Below are positions 50,430 through 63,930 of a stretch of DNA of 64,000 nucleotides, piece after piece. A program made the position numbers and the translations under genes. The notes under the pieces are model-generated. The model did not search any database, was not told where the DNA came from, and saw only the letters and a program-made list of their open reading frames with translations. The DNA comes from Oikopleura dioica (taxonomy: Eukaryota > Animalia > Chordata), in contig OU015569.1 in the NCBI GenBank assembly GCA_907165135.1, positions 11,470,001 to 11,534,000 of the forward strand, in the 5' to 3' direction. Each line of letters begins with the position of its first letter. The first letter of the stretch is position 1.

Positions 50430-51183
50430 GGATATAAGCTATGAATTTGAACTTTCGTAGCGCCTAAATGCGACGTAGGATCATTTTCATTTCAAAAGCA
50501 GTCCTACGTTAAATTGCACGTAGAACTCAAATCTGGAGTTTTTGAAAAAAATTTTATGGAAAATTTTCTCTCTAGAGCGATTTCAAATCTTACGCTCTCG
50601 ATTGCTCGAATTTTTTCCATTGAATTGCTAAAACTAAACCGTGTCTTTTATTTTGATGATGTTAAGCTAGAAAATTGACGGGCTTTTATTTCAAAACTCC
50701 CTCAAATTTTCATTCTAGCGTTTTCCTCTTTCTTGCTCGAGTTTTTCTTCTTTTTGTGCTTTTTCGCGTGCAACCAATCAAAGCGCTCGGGGCACCCGCG
50801 CCACTCTCACGGAAAAGAAGAGTTGAGAGAGCGAGCGCCCATCGCGCCGCTTTTTACACTATTCACGCGCTGGGTAAGCCTCATGGAAATGGCTCTAAAA
50901 TCGTTTTCGGTCGGAATTAGGAAAAACTGATCCGTCAATTTTGTAGATAAGGGCTAAGACAAGTTATTCATCGAAAAAACTCGACCGATTTAGTGGAAAA
51001 ATTTCGAGAAATCGAGAGCGTAAGATTTCAAAACGCTCTAAAAGGAAAATTTTCTATAAAATTTTTTTAAAAAATACCAGATTTGAGTTTTACGTCCATT
51101 TTTAGGTAGGATTACTTTTGAAGTGAAAATGATCCTACTTCGCATTTAGGCGCTACGAAAGTTCAAATTCATAGCTTATATCC
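50430..51183. mobile_element. 754-bp Kolobok-type MITE with ~190-bp TIRs
   Basis: TTAA|GGATATAAGCTATGAATTTGAAC..GTTCAAATTCATAGCTTATATCC|TTAA. Confidence 0.88.
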
Positions 51184-53497
51184 TTAAATAAGAAAAAATA
51201 TCGACATAAACTTGTTTTTGTAAACATTCACAACCCTCTTTACTTGCTTTTTTCCAAATAAAAAATACCCCTCTGTGCAAAAAACAGCGACCGTCTTTTT
51301 TTATTTCCTATCTATAAAAAAATGCGTTCTTTCTTCGCGGGTTAGGATTTGCGGCATTCTTCTTTTGGGTTGTAATGGACAGAACAAATATTGTTTGGCG
51401 AAACTCATACTGAGAACAAAACAAAAAAAACGGCGCCCTTGTTAGTTGTTAGGCGAATTCTGAAATTGGACTTTTTTCATTCTTGAAGGAGAGAGGTTTT
51501 TTCTGGTAAAGGAGAAAGAAAACCTTTTGATCAAATCACCCAGAGCGCGAAAAGAAAAAGAGCGGGAGACCAAGTTGGCCCCACTCCAGCTTTCCTCGTA
51601 TACCTAAGGGTATATCCGCCAGAGAACTCGGTGAAAGGAGCATTTTTTACACGCGCAAGTTTTTTATCACCTTGTCATTCAGAGAGAGGACTTGAATTTT
51701 CTGACACTTTTTTGTTCTTGATATTCCTCGCGAGAAATCGTAAGGGAGTAGACAGGGAGAATTAAGTTTTTCTTCTATCTTTGTTTATTTAGTTAAGGGT
51801 GTTGCTGTGTTAAATTTAAGAGAAAAGTCCCTATTCTTGTGCTCTACCCAAACGGGCTGCAGCTGTTTATTTTCTGCCAAATTAGTCTCTCATCTGTTTA
51901 TATTCGCTCTTAAAATTATGGTGGAAATATTCAAATTAAGGGAACAGCTATGGCCTTCAATTTTCACGCTCCAAGTCCAGTAGAAAATTTCAACTTCAGA
52001 TAATTGAGAAAATCTCAGTTTTCGTCAAATTTTGAAAGAGTCTGTCTGAGATCTGTCAAATTAAACTGTGGGATTATCACTTTTATTTTATTTTTGTTCG
52101 AAAAAAGAGAATTTTTTTGGATTTCTATTTCTTCCTTGATTTCCAAAATCTTAGAAGAGTAAATTTAGTAAGTAGCGGCTTTTGAGTTTGAGGTGTATCT
52201 TACGAGCGTGATGACAAGGGCAGAATCGTAATTGCTCGCGTTTCCGCGTTTCTGAGATTGCCAATCATAAAGATTCATTAAATCTAAACCTGAGCATTTT
52301 TTTAACGATCAAAGACATTCATCGTGCATTATTATGGAAGAATACACCTAGAGCAAACACTAGAAAGAAACAATCATGTCTCGCACTTTCATTCTTCCGA
52401 TCAAAAACAAGGTACAAATTTTCAATAAGTTCTTTTCATGGGTTCAGCAACCTGTGTTCAAAACCTGAGTCAGGGTCTGAAAGATGTTAAACTAAAAGCC
52501 GCAAAGCGGCTTCGCCAAAATAAAATCTATTTCTTTTTTAACTCTGCTGAAGATCTTTCAGGCCTGACTCAGGTTTTGGACAAAGGTTGCAGAACCCAGT
52601 TCTTTCCTCAATTAATTCTCTCGAAACAGTATTTTCATCGCCCAAAATCACATGTTCAAATCACTGGCAAAAGAAGACTGCGAGTCTTGAATACATTCAA
52701 TCATTTTCTGTCTAAAATTATTGTGTCCCTCCTTATCTATCAAATGCGTTTACGACAGGATGATCCGATTCAAAAATTTATTTATTTTTTGACGAGCTCC
52801 AGTCTCAAGAGCAAAAGGCATCAAGAGGATATTAAGTTCAAGACTATTTCTTTTTCAATTCTTCTGTTTACTTTGCTGAACTTGGTTTTTGAGCGACTGA
52901 GAGCTACAGTAGTTCAAAATTGACACTTCAATCTCAAAAGAAAAAAGAGACGAGAAAAGGGTTCTGAAACTGGGCTCGGGAACCTGTGTACGAAACCTGA
53001 GTAAGGCTCTGAAAAGCGAAGAATACGCGGCTCTTCATTTTTACTCATGAAAGTCAGCCCTGACTCAGGTTCTGTACACAGGTTGCCTAGCCCAATTTTT
53101 CAGAATACTAAATTTGATTGATTGGAAAATTAGTTCTGACAGCTCTAAGGCTCTAGAATGAATGCAAGTCTAGCCAACCGGAACACTTGAGTCTTTTCGA
53201 ATTTTCAGAAAATTTCTTGTCTTTTTTCGGCAAAAAGAGAAAGGTCTGGAAAACAGAAGTCACAGGTGTTTTTCACTTGTTTTCAAAGAGAGAACTGTTT
53301 TCGTCTTTTTTATTTTGGTGATCCGCAGCTTTGCGGTGAATCTGGATTAACTGTGTATTGATACGTCTGTAAAACTCCAATCTGAGTAACTTCACAAACA
53401 GACAAAAAGAAACGCGCTTTTTTCCACACTTACCTTTTTCGTGAGCAAGAAAGTCAAGTTTTTGTTTTTTCAGAAATCGCGCTCGTCAAATGAGAAA

Positions 53498-54974
53498 ATG
53501 ACGGATCCACTGAAGTATTTGAATCGGGGACCGGAGTACCTCAGAAACGCCATCGCCCCGCCCAAGACTTCCAGAGTGAAGCGACAACTTTCAGCGGCCG
53601 AGAGGCTCAACATTCAAAAACCGACGAAAAGAGAACAAGCAGAAACTAATCAAGTAAGATTTTTCTTAGAGCGATGATACCTATATTCTCGATTTTTCAT
53701 CTTTTCCTTTATCAGTTCCGATAGAGCGAGAATAAAGAATAAATTTAAGGGGACTCGGCAACGTGAGCGACCCGCAACTGCTCCTGTGAAGAAAAAAGCT
53801 TCAGACCTCGACGTAAGACTGTTAAACTCTATCTTATTTTAACCCCTAAACGACCAAATGGCGAAAATTGAGCGTTATCTTCTGTAGAGGGGCCATCAAT
53901 ACTTCCTATTTACATTCAAAGAAGGCCAGAAAAAGAGACCTTTTATAAATGTTTTTTTTAGTTATGCACTGCCGAAAGCTTGTTCCAAAAGCCGAAGGGA
54001 GTATGCCCGGCTGGTTACGCGGCGCGTCTGCTCAGCCAAAACGCATCTTCTGGGGCTGACTCCTCCCTCAAGCCCTCGCCTAGACGTCCTACAACTGCCC
54101 AGCCTTATTGCATCTCTTCAAAACACAACAGACGTCTACAAGGTAAACCAATTACTTCTATCTCGATCTCCTAAAATGCGTCTTTTTCAAAGAAGGCTCT
54201 CCCGAAAACCGAAAACTGCGGACGCGATCAAACTCCCTCGACAAGTTCTTCGACAGTTTAGGTAAGCGAACCCCCTTTATATTCCCAAATTAACAGGAAA
54301 ATCAAGGAGGAACGCTGATGCCTCAGTCAAATCCACCCTCGATCGTCCCGTCCGGCTCGGTTTCGGATTTGTCTGGACTTTCAATGGCGGCCAGCCAGCT
54401 CATTCGTTCTGCCTCTTCGTCTACTTTAGACGATGACTCTCCCCTCCCCATCAAATCGCCCAAAGAAGGTATTTTTCAGGATATTTATTTCAGAATAAAT
54501 GTGATAAATCGACTCATTAGCGAAAAGAAAAGCATTATAGAAGTCATTTCATTTTTTCAGTTTTCTCTTTTTCACTCAATATGCATCTCGTTCCATAGAA
54601 ATGAGCTGTTGAAGTTACCCCATATTTGAATAGCAAATTTTATCCGACAATAAAATGAGTCTCTCAAAAGATCGAGCAACTAAACAAACCCTCATTTTTT
54701 AGCGCTTAGTGTACCTTTCGTTGAGAATATCTTCGGTCCCTAGGGCCTTCTTTAGAAGTTCCTACTCCAAACTCGGCCAATCAAAAACTGGATAGAAAAT
54801 TTCGTTATCGTAAGGGGCCATTGTAAGCCCCGTTTTTCAGCTATTAATTTTATAGATTTTCAACATACTAATACATTCAATTCAGTGTCTGTAGTGGACA
54901 AACGAATCCGAGTGATGATGTGGCTTTCCAAGTGCAAACCGGCGCCGGTGTTTTCAACCCCCGTCAAAGGCTGA
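53498..54974 (+). CDS. FAM110: FAM110-like protein
   Basis: N-terminal PLKYLNRGPEYLR..LSAAERL (P.RILNKGPDYFR..LSAVERL); SLDKFFDSLG (LERFF..CG); C-terminal VSVVDKRIRVMMWLSKCK (SVVERNARIIKWLY.C). Confidence 0.8.
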
Positions 54975-56533
54975 TTTCTGAAAAGCGTCTCCCTTTTAAT
55001 TCTCTTTTTCCTATTCAACATTCATCTGTTTTTATCATCTCGACCAAAAGACAATTCAGACAATTCTTCTCTTTTTTCCTTTATACACACATTTCGTTTT
55101 CAGTCTACTTTTTACTCTTCGCTGCATTGAAATTTGAAATTTTCGCATTTTAAAACTCATTCATCAATTAAACAAAACAAAAACTATCGACTTGGAAAAT
55201 AAACTATTTTTGCAACTCAGACCCCTTTTTCATGCCTTTATCAATATTATTATAACCATCAGAATTTTCAATTCTTTTCGAAAAACATGATTCTGCGACG
55301 TTTTTAATAGGACAAAGAACTTGTTTCTTTAAAAATCATCCTTCTCGCATGCAGTAAGGATCAGTTGATCCTTTATTGGCAAGTCCTTTTCAATTTCTAC
55401 CTCAACAGACGAGAGATTCAACGAGAGATTCTATTTTCCACAGAAGATTTGATCGATCACAGCGCCATTTTCTATCTTGCCGATTACATTAATTTTTGAT
55501 GAGCTCGAATGCCCTCCTTTCAATTCAACTACAGTCGCGCGTCAGTTTCTATTTTCGTAAATTTTCAACACCCAAATTTTTAGCGAAAAAAGGGGCACCA
55601 TTCTGGGCTCGGCAACCTGTGTAGAGACCTGACTCAGGGTCCTGAAATATCTCTAATAGAAGTGCTTACGCGCTTTTTCACGACCCTGACTCAGGTCTTC
55701 TTGTCAGGTTGCTGGGTCAGCCTGCACGCCAGGTACTGTAATTCTTTTTGTTTCCGACCTATCAATGTTCTATTTTGATTGATTTCCAAAACTGTATTTA
55801 ACGATTATTCCGATCTGTTTCCGAATTTCGATTCTAGCGTTTCCTTTTTCTCCGAATCCATGACCTTTTCAAAAAAGACCTGTGTTTTAATCTCAAAAAA
55901 CATAAATAAATTATTTTTTCTTTCTGTAACTCGATCTTCCTCATTTTCACTCATAAGTTTAAATTACATTATGTGCAGTACAAAAAATAAAAAGCTATTC
56001 AAAAGTTTAAAAATTCGCGAAAAAGAAAGTTTCTTCAAAAACAAACGTTCAAACTAATTTTTAAAGATTCTCTTCCATGATTTCATTCTCTTCCAACAAA
56101 AAAACACTTTCAGAAAAAATGATTCAAGCAAAAGGAAATGAACTTTTATATTTTAGAAAAAGCTATTTATAATGTCACTTTTGTGGAAAAGATTGCCTAT
56201 CGCAGTAAAAAGTATGACTATTGGTTGTACAGTTATGGGCGGTTTTGTTGCTATAGGAAGGGTTTTAAATATATATATATAAGAAAAAATAAGTCTGCTA
56301 AAAAATATGCTTCAACAAATTGATTCCGCACGCATACTATTTTTTGGCCAATCAGGTCGCAAGGAAACGTACGTTATAATGAACCGCTTCTGTAGAAAAT
56401 CATAAATTTCCAATTTGTGCATTATTTGGGCCTGGCAACCTGCGTGTCAGGGTTCTAAAAGAGAGGTTGTTTATTGAACCTATTTCAGAACCCTGACTCA
56501 GGTTTACTGCACAGGTCAAGCTCAGATACTTAA

Positions 56534-57194
56534 GGGGGAGGTCGACGAGAATCGGGATTTCCGTGACCAAAAATGCGGAGAAACCCGATTAGATAGGAAA
56601 ATTCTGACTTTTCGGATTGAAAGAAAAGGGTTTGAAAAATTAACCGGCGAAAAGCAGAAAAAAAATTTTTTGAAAAATTTTTCAAAAATTAGGGTTGAAG
56701 TGGGGGTGTCTCGTGACCAAAAAATCTCGAAAACCGAGTTTTTTTTTCTTCATCAAATAAAATTTATAAATAGTTTAGACCCTTTAAAATTAACCGGCGA
56801 TCAAAAAATTAAGAGTTACTTTCATAAAAATTTTTTTTTATTGATTACAAATATTCGATTCTCGTCAAAATCGACATTTTTGCCCATTTTTTCATGGAAA
56901 TTTCTGCAAAAATCACAAAGACTCGGATTTTTTTTTCAAAATAATTAGTCAGAAATCATTTTAAAACAATGCCTAGTGCATGATATTCAGTTTCAGATAG
57001 TTTTTGGACGAAATCACCAACGAATTATTTTCAAGAAATTTCAAGTTCGAGACTTAAAATCGAAAATTTTACATTAAGAAGTTCACAAATTGAGAAAAAG
57101 CTAGAGACCAAAAATACTCCTCTTTTATCGAGGAATCCAAAAATATAATCAAAATTTTGAAAAGGCGAAAAAAAAATTCTCGACGACCTCCCCC
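56534..57194. mobile_element. 661-bp Kolobok-type MITE (family of 44764-45140)
   Basis: TTAA|GGGGGAGGTCGACGAGAA..TTCTCGACGACCTCCCCC|TTAA; shares the cgggatttccgtgaccaaaaatgcgg subterminal sequence. Confidence 0.88.
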
Positions 57195-57446
57195 TTAATT
57201 TAGAAAATTAAAATTAATGATTTTCTACAATTTTTCCCACAGTAACAGTACGTTTTCTTACTCCCTGATTGGCCAAAAAGTAGTATGTTTGCGGGGTCAA
57301 TTTGATAGAGCATATTTCCCTCCTGGAAAATGATCTATCTCATAATTTTTCGTAATCTGGCTACATGCCAAAAGTATAAAAAAAGAAGCACCGATCAGTG
57401 GAGTAACTGTACTCTTTCTTTCTCTCCCTGCCATGTGGGAAATTAA

Positions 57447-57881
57447 CTTCTCAATACACGTGGTCGGTAAAACCGACCACGGCGACTTTGGCCCTCAATT
57501 TCTTCGAAGGTGGTAATCCGTTTGACCAAATTTTTGCAATGTGCACTTATATGAACAAACCGAACCACTTTGCGAAGTTTCGTGAAATTTTTCAAGAGGG
57601 ATGGCGCTTTGCACCAGACCTCTTTCGAGCTAATTTTCGAAAAATTGGAGGGTTTTTTCTCCTTGATAATAACATGAGTAAATAGCTGAGTGTTCAGGCT
57701 TTCTAACACTATAGTTTTGAACATATGACCTCGACGGAAATATGAATAAGAGATCAAAATAGTCGGCGCTGTTTTTCACACTCCGAATTTGGCGCGCCGC
57801 GCGGGGCTGAATAATGCTTGGTGGTCGGTTTTCCCGACCCCGTGTTTTGAGCGCTTAGTCGCCCGCCCGTGTATTGAGAAG
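57447..57881 (-). mobile_element. 435-bp TTAA TIR element, homologue of 25119-25553
   Basis: TTAA|CTTCTCAATACACG..CGTGTATTGAGAAG|TTAA. Confidence 0.85.
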
Positions 57882-58148
57882 TTAACACATTTCGACTGAT
57901 CGAAATACATCGAAATTTATGTTTTCCGAAAATGAAAAGCAGGGAAAGTGAAAGATTAAAACCTCTTTGAGAGAAATATCAAAATTACAAAGATGACATT
58001 GCCGAGGCGGAAAATAGACTGGAAAATCATCAACGAGATCGGGTGAAAATCGGAGAGGCAAAATTAAGAAATGCTCTTGCAGGAACGGATTTTTAGAATT
58101 TTCAAGACCATTTTTACTCTTGTTTTTTCATCCATATCATTCGGGATA

Positions 58149-58352
58149 GGCCTTCCCCAATATTGTCGATGAAAAATCGACATTATAGGTCCAAGATAGT
58201 CGATAAAACTTTCGAGGTTGAGCCGAAGATTGACAATTTTTAGTAGAAAAGCTTGTACAAAAATTTGGCAATCTTAGGCTTAACTACAAAAGTTTTATTA
58301 GCTATCTTCGACTCATAATGTCGACTTTTTATCGACAATTTTGGGGAAGGCC
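58149..58352. mobile_element. ~204-bp MITE with GGCC termini
   Basis: ggccttccccaatattgtcgat..atcgacaattttggggaaggcc; no clean TSD. Confidence 0.65.
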
Positions 58353-59448
58353 CAAGGCGAAAAAACTAAGATGTGGATAAGGTTATTCTGGTTATAAGAT
58401 TGAGGATAATCGTAAATCGAAATCGTGAAATAAAGCTGCTCTTTTTTTCCGGAAATAAAATAAATGACATTTACGATCGCGTAAATATGCATCTTTTGGG
58501 CGAGCTAGAAAGAAAAATACTTTCCTTACCGCGCTGGAAAATCGAAATAGGAAAACCGAAATTTTATCAATTCCCGATCGATAAAAAATTTCCAGAGCGC
58601 GCGTGGGAACCACTCGCATGCAGAAAAAAAGCGGCGCGGGATTTGAAACGCGCGGCGCAGCGCCGCAACCGAAATACCAAATCAAAACCGCGAATTTTGC
58701 GCGAAGAAATAGAACTCGTTTAGAAAATGATTAAAATTGGGTTGACTATTTTAGGATTGAAATTTTGTATATACTATAGTTATTCTTTCGTCTTTTTTTG
58801 AGCCCGAAATCATTAAATAAAGCTCTTGACTTGAGCAACAAAGATTATTGGCGAAAGGTCATTAATAAGGGGGTAAATCCTTAATCTGATTAAAGTTTAA
58901 GGTCTTATCTATTTGCCCGAATAGCACAATAAGGGTGTCACCATGTTAAATTTGGCAAAAAAAGGCCAGCAAACCCCTCTTAGAAATTCTAGTCTACGTA
59001 AACCAAATTACTTTTTAATATTCACAAGGGAGAATTAACGATTGTCTTTGCGCTATTAGTTTTCTATGATTTCCAATTTGAGAGTAATTATTGCTTCAAT
59101 CGATGAGAAAATTGAATCGTAACATTCAACATTCATTCATTTTGTAAATTAAAACATTTCAAATTGAAACTGTTCAATACTGGTAGTGGCATCCCTGGCG
59201 CTGGGCTGAGCTGCTAATTTGGGCTCAACTAGACTGGCTGATCCGCTGGCGCTGGTCTAGTGGCAGCTACTAGACTGCTTGAAGCGAGCTAGTACTGCTT
59301 GAGCTGTGACGGGGGCGCCCGTTCCATCGCCGCTTTTTCGGCTTCGCTCTTTTTCATTCACTCATTCAGTTTCCCTCAAACTCGCCCAAAACGCTTCTTT
59401 TTCTTTTTTTCGAATTGAAGAGAAAAATCTAAAAATCTAAAATGATCA

Positions 59449-61234
59449 GACTCACAAAGCAAGGCGTTCCTAGAGCTAGAAATGGACGGCCAACCGATAG
59501 GGCGACTGACGGTAGCTCTTTACGACAGTATCGTGCCAGAGACTGTTCAAAACTTCGCCGCGCTCTGTAATAACCAGTGCTCGCCGATTTACGCCGAGGG
59601 GAAGGGAAAACAGGACATGAAGCTCAAATTTGGTTACGCTAAAAATAAGGTCCGAATTGAAGTTTTTTCAAATGCGCGTTAGTTTGAATCACCGGACACG
59701 CCTCCAATCAGCGGACAGTCGAAATACCGACTTTTCCCTTTTTCGGACATTTTTCAAAAAGAAAACATCAAACAGGCTCGGCAACCTGTGTAAAAAACCT
59801 GAGTCAGGACCTAGGTAAAAATTTGAATTCCAATCTTTTTAAAATTCCAGCAAAACTTCGCGGCTTCGTTCAAAAAAAGCCGCTACGCGTCTTTTTATAA
59901 ATGATCTTACTGACCTAGACTCAGGTTTTTTACACAGGCTTCGAATTAGAGGCGGGGAGGATGATTCACAATTAACGCGCGTTGGTTGATGCATCTTTCG
60001 AAAATTAAAAATCTGCCCTGCTCAATAATTTCCTTTGATTTCGCGGAATATTTTGGGTAGACCCTTAATTTTTTCAGAAAACTTTGAATAGCTCCTTTTT
60101 CACACTGTTTTCAGGCTCGTTTCTTCCGAGTTGTGCCTGGTTTCACTGCCCAGTGCGGAATGCTGCCTCTAGAAGGGAATAAGGGACACATATCGGGCAG
60201 GGGTTGTTACAGCTGAGTGCGTTACTTGTTAGATAGCTATTAAATTATACCTAAATAGGCTTTATCTAGGTGTTTCACTACACATTTAGCCGGGCTAAAT
60301 CGAAATCGCCGTGCGCCGCCGATTTACCCTATTTCGGCGTATTTTTCTTCCTTTTCGTGATTAAGGCGTTCTCCCTGGCTGTTCTGTCCCCGGGGAGAGT
60401 AGTAGTGGCAACGAGCGCGAGGGAATAGACAGATAGAGAGCAATGAGAATCGAGTAGTTTTCCGTTCTCGTCACTACTAGCGCGCGCGTTTCCGCTCTTC
60501 CGCCTTCGTTTTTTTCTTTCGCTATTTTCTCACGTGATCAACCCCTGTAACAGCAAAATTTGTACGGGCGACTTTGGCCTGATGAAAACTTTGCCGTTTC
60601 GCATGATAAGCGTGGTATTCTTTCAATGGCTAATAAGGGACCCAACACCAATGGCAGTCAGTTCTTCATTACTTTAGACAAACGGCAAGATTTAGTTATG
60701 GGTTACAGATCAGATTTTGGCAACCTGTGTCGAAAGCTGAGACAGGGTTCCGAAAGATCTTTATCAGAAAGCCTCGCCGCAGCTTTTTTAAAATGGCTAA
60801 CTGAGTGGCTTTAAATTAAAGATCTTTTGGAGCCCTGACTCAGGTTTTTACACAGGTAGCCAAGCCGAGTTGCGGATATTTTTTTTCTTATATTCTCTTC
60901 AAATCAAAAATGAAAAGAAAAAAATTTTGTCGACGCGAGGCCCTTAAGATTCCAAGAAAAATTTCTAAGATCAAAGGAGCTTGGGCCGATATTTTATAGA
61001 TTTTTGGGTCTAAGTCTAATTATTGATCTATTTTCGAGAAATGGTTTTAATATTAACTGCGCTTGAGACTAAGCTTGGTCGAGTAACCCGCTCTCAGATG
61101 GTGCGCATGTCGCTTTCGGCGAAGTGATAGACGGCCACGACGTGCTCGATATTATTGAGGCAACAGGAGTGCCCGGCAGAGAGACCGGTCGCCCCAGTAT
61201 GCTCGTCACTGTTTCTAACTCTGGTCTGCTTTGA
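59449..61234 (+). CDS. Divergent cyclophilin-type peptidyl-prolyl isomerase (first exon/start not identified)
   Basis: [35 protein letters not shown]; [13 protein letters not shown]; [35 protein letters not shown]; [21 protein letters not shown]. Confidence 0.9.
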
Positions 61235-61329
61235 TTGGAACTCTCGTTATTTTTAAACTTTCCTTATTCTTATTTTAACAATTTGGCGTTTTCAGACTGA
61301 GTAATTCTCCCAACACACTTCTCGTAAAA

Positions 61330-61906
61330 ATGTCCGCCGTCGAGGAAGCCAAGACCGTCCCCACCACCGAAACCGTTGAAGAGTTGAAAGAACAACAAAA
61401 ACAAGGTAGAATTCATATCCAACCTCAGCATACTGATTAGTAAACCTGGCTCAAGGCCTTTTATTACAGACCATTCATTTGAAAACCACTCTTCCTTGAT
61501 TTCAATTGATAGAAAATTTTTGTAGAAAATGGCAAAGCCGTGGAAGCATCAGGCGCAGCTGTGGAAGCAGTGAAAGAAGCGGCGACAGAAGAGGAGAAGC
61601 CCGCTGAACCCGCCGCCGAGGCAGAAGCGAAAGAAGAAGAAAAAGCGGAAGAAAAGGTCGAGGGCGCTCCCAAAGAAGAAGAAAAGACGGAAGAAGCCGC
61701 CAAAGAGGAAGAAAAGTCCGAAGAAAAGGCTGAAAATGGCGACAAAGCCGGTAAGAGTTACTTTCAAGAGTAAAATCGGGGAGTTTTCGCCATTCAAAAT
61801 TGATAACACTGAAGCCAGGGAATGTTCGTATTGACGGTTTTTAGGCGAGAAACGCAAGGCAGACAGCAAGGACGAGGACGAGCCAGCCGAGAAGAAGGCC
61901 GAGTAG
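61330..61906 (+). CDS. Small, highly acidic prothymosin/parathymosin-like protein with a C-terminal bipartite NLS-like motif
   Basis: MSAVEEAKTVPTTETVEELKEQQKQ E|NGKAVE..(E/A/K-rich)..ENGDKA G|EKRKADSKDEDEPAEKKAE*; no aromatic or Cys residues; ttttcag acceptor ~60 bp after the cyclophilin stop. Confidence 0.7.
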
Positions 61907-63299
61907 ACTAGCGAGCATCAACGCCAGTGCCAGTAATTCCAGGCCCCTCAATTATAAAACAACACCTCCCCTCCCCTCTTTCTAAACCCACCCTGATCGT
62001 ACTCTGTGTCTGATTCGTTTTATTATTTTTATTTTTTCCTCCGCGTCAAATTCATTTTATTAAAAAAAGCGTCGCTTTCGGGGCACCATCTAAAATGACC
62101 CTAAGAGCTGTTCTAAGGGACTCCTCTCACTCCTTTTCAAATCTACCCGGTCTTGTTTACTTCTATACGCCCTGTTCATAAACCTGCCGTAAAAATCTCT
62201 CTCTGGTTCAATTCAATGAGCTGAAGTTACAATCACATTAAACCTCTCCTAACAAATTCGAAGCAAACTTACAGTCGACTTACAGCTGTTAAAAAAACCA
62301 CCCATCCACCCTGCCAGCAAACTTTTTTTTCGTTCTTTCGTTCTCGTTTTTTCCAAAACATTTTTAAATTTGAATTGTATACCCTTAATTCCGCGTAATC
62401 AGCGTAATCGGCTCCACGCTCGAAATTGAGGTAGAAATCAACGAAGAGTATCTCCATCGTGAGAGATCCTTCAGGTCTATTTTCCACCCTAGATCTAATT
62501 AGGGTCCCTTGATTCGCTACTTACTGACTTGATACTGTTCCTGGCGAAATAAGGGCCCTAGAAAGTTGCCCTCTTCTCTCACAAAAAGCGTGTCCGAGTT
62601 GCTCTGTAAATTAAATCAGCGCTCAACTCCAAAAGTTTCCGATTTTTGTGACTTTTAGCTCAAAAGATAGATTCTTAAATTCGATGTCAATACTGCCGCA
62701 TATTATTTTCCGAAAAATATTGACCCCCTTCGTTCTTATTTTTTATCGATGATTTGGTTAAATGATGGTTAATTCTATTTCTAGTTTTGCACTTAAAGTT
62801 AGCGACTTATTTTAATTAGGCTGATCAATTTGAATTAATTTTGAAACAAAAAAGATCATTGAAAATAAATCATGAAAAAAATCAAAAAACAAGAAATGTT
62901 GAAATGACTTGGTAAAGAAGTCTTGTTCTTTCAAAATTTCATTCATTTTATTCAAATGCAGGAATTTATTCAGTTATAAGGAGCAGATGATCCTGTCTTC
63001 GTTATCGGAACCAGAGTTCGAAATCTTTGGGAGCACGGAGGGAGCAGGAGCAGAGACTCTTTTTTTGACGCGATATATTGTCTCTTTCAGGGCTCTAAAT
63101 CTGAGGCAAAAATCAAAATCCGGTCTGGTCTCTTTCTATAAAACCGCTCGGCCTAAAAATGAAAATGAATAATTCAATAAAATTAAGATCGTTCTCACTT
63201 ACCTTTGCATCTTCTCTTTCCCTGGTGAGCCTTTAGTCTATAACGCTCGTAGAACGCATAGCCACAGATTTCACAGGTAAATCGTTTTTCCTTCGTATG

Positions 63300-63930
63300 G
63301 AATTCCTTCGTATTTTCTATAAAAAACAAAGAGCAGTAGACTGCCTTTACAAGCAGTTAACTGCTCCTTTTTCTTTATTTTTGGTTCATTTTATAAATAT
63401 GAACTTATACGAATCCGATTTCTTTATATCCTCCTTCGCAGCTGGATCCAACCAGCTGTGGCGAATACATCCTAATTACTCGTCTTTGGTCGGGCAAATC
63501 TTTTAGATTTAATATTGATTGATCTTGAAGCTTTGAAATTGACTTTCTTGAGAAATAATAAAAATGATGAATATTCCCACTCTGATCCCTTGAAGTAAAA
63601 GGAAGTGTTAACTACGTCCTTGATCATGAAACTTGTGGCTTCCCTTGAGTCTGGCACGCCTCTTTTTCGTAGCTTGGGAGTGTTCTAGGATGCATTTCGC
63701 AATCTGGCAGCAGCATCGTTTTTCAATGTTGATAAAAAGGCATTTGTAAAGCCAGGACAGCCCATTATGGCTTTGGCTGGTGCTATTATCTCTTCCACTC
63801 TGGATCTAAACGCCCCTCGATATTTCTTTGTTGCATCACTCTATCAAAAAACAGATTAATTCTATTCATCAAACTCAAAAAAGAAAGACAGAGCAAATCG
63901 CCTCAGAGCAGAATCATGACTGAAGAGCCC
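63300..63930 (-). CDS. Exons of an unidentified gene or pseudogene (partial, one in-frame TAG)
   Basis: SDATKKYRGAFRSRVEEIIAPAK..NAS*NTPKLRKRG..WEYSSF; weak support only. Confidence 0.3.

Noticed and set aside
57443-57757. 104-aa ORF inside the 435-bp element as a conserved peptide
   Set aside because: The homologous copy at 25119-25553 has stops in the equivalent frame.
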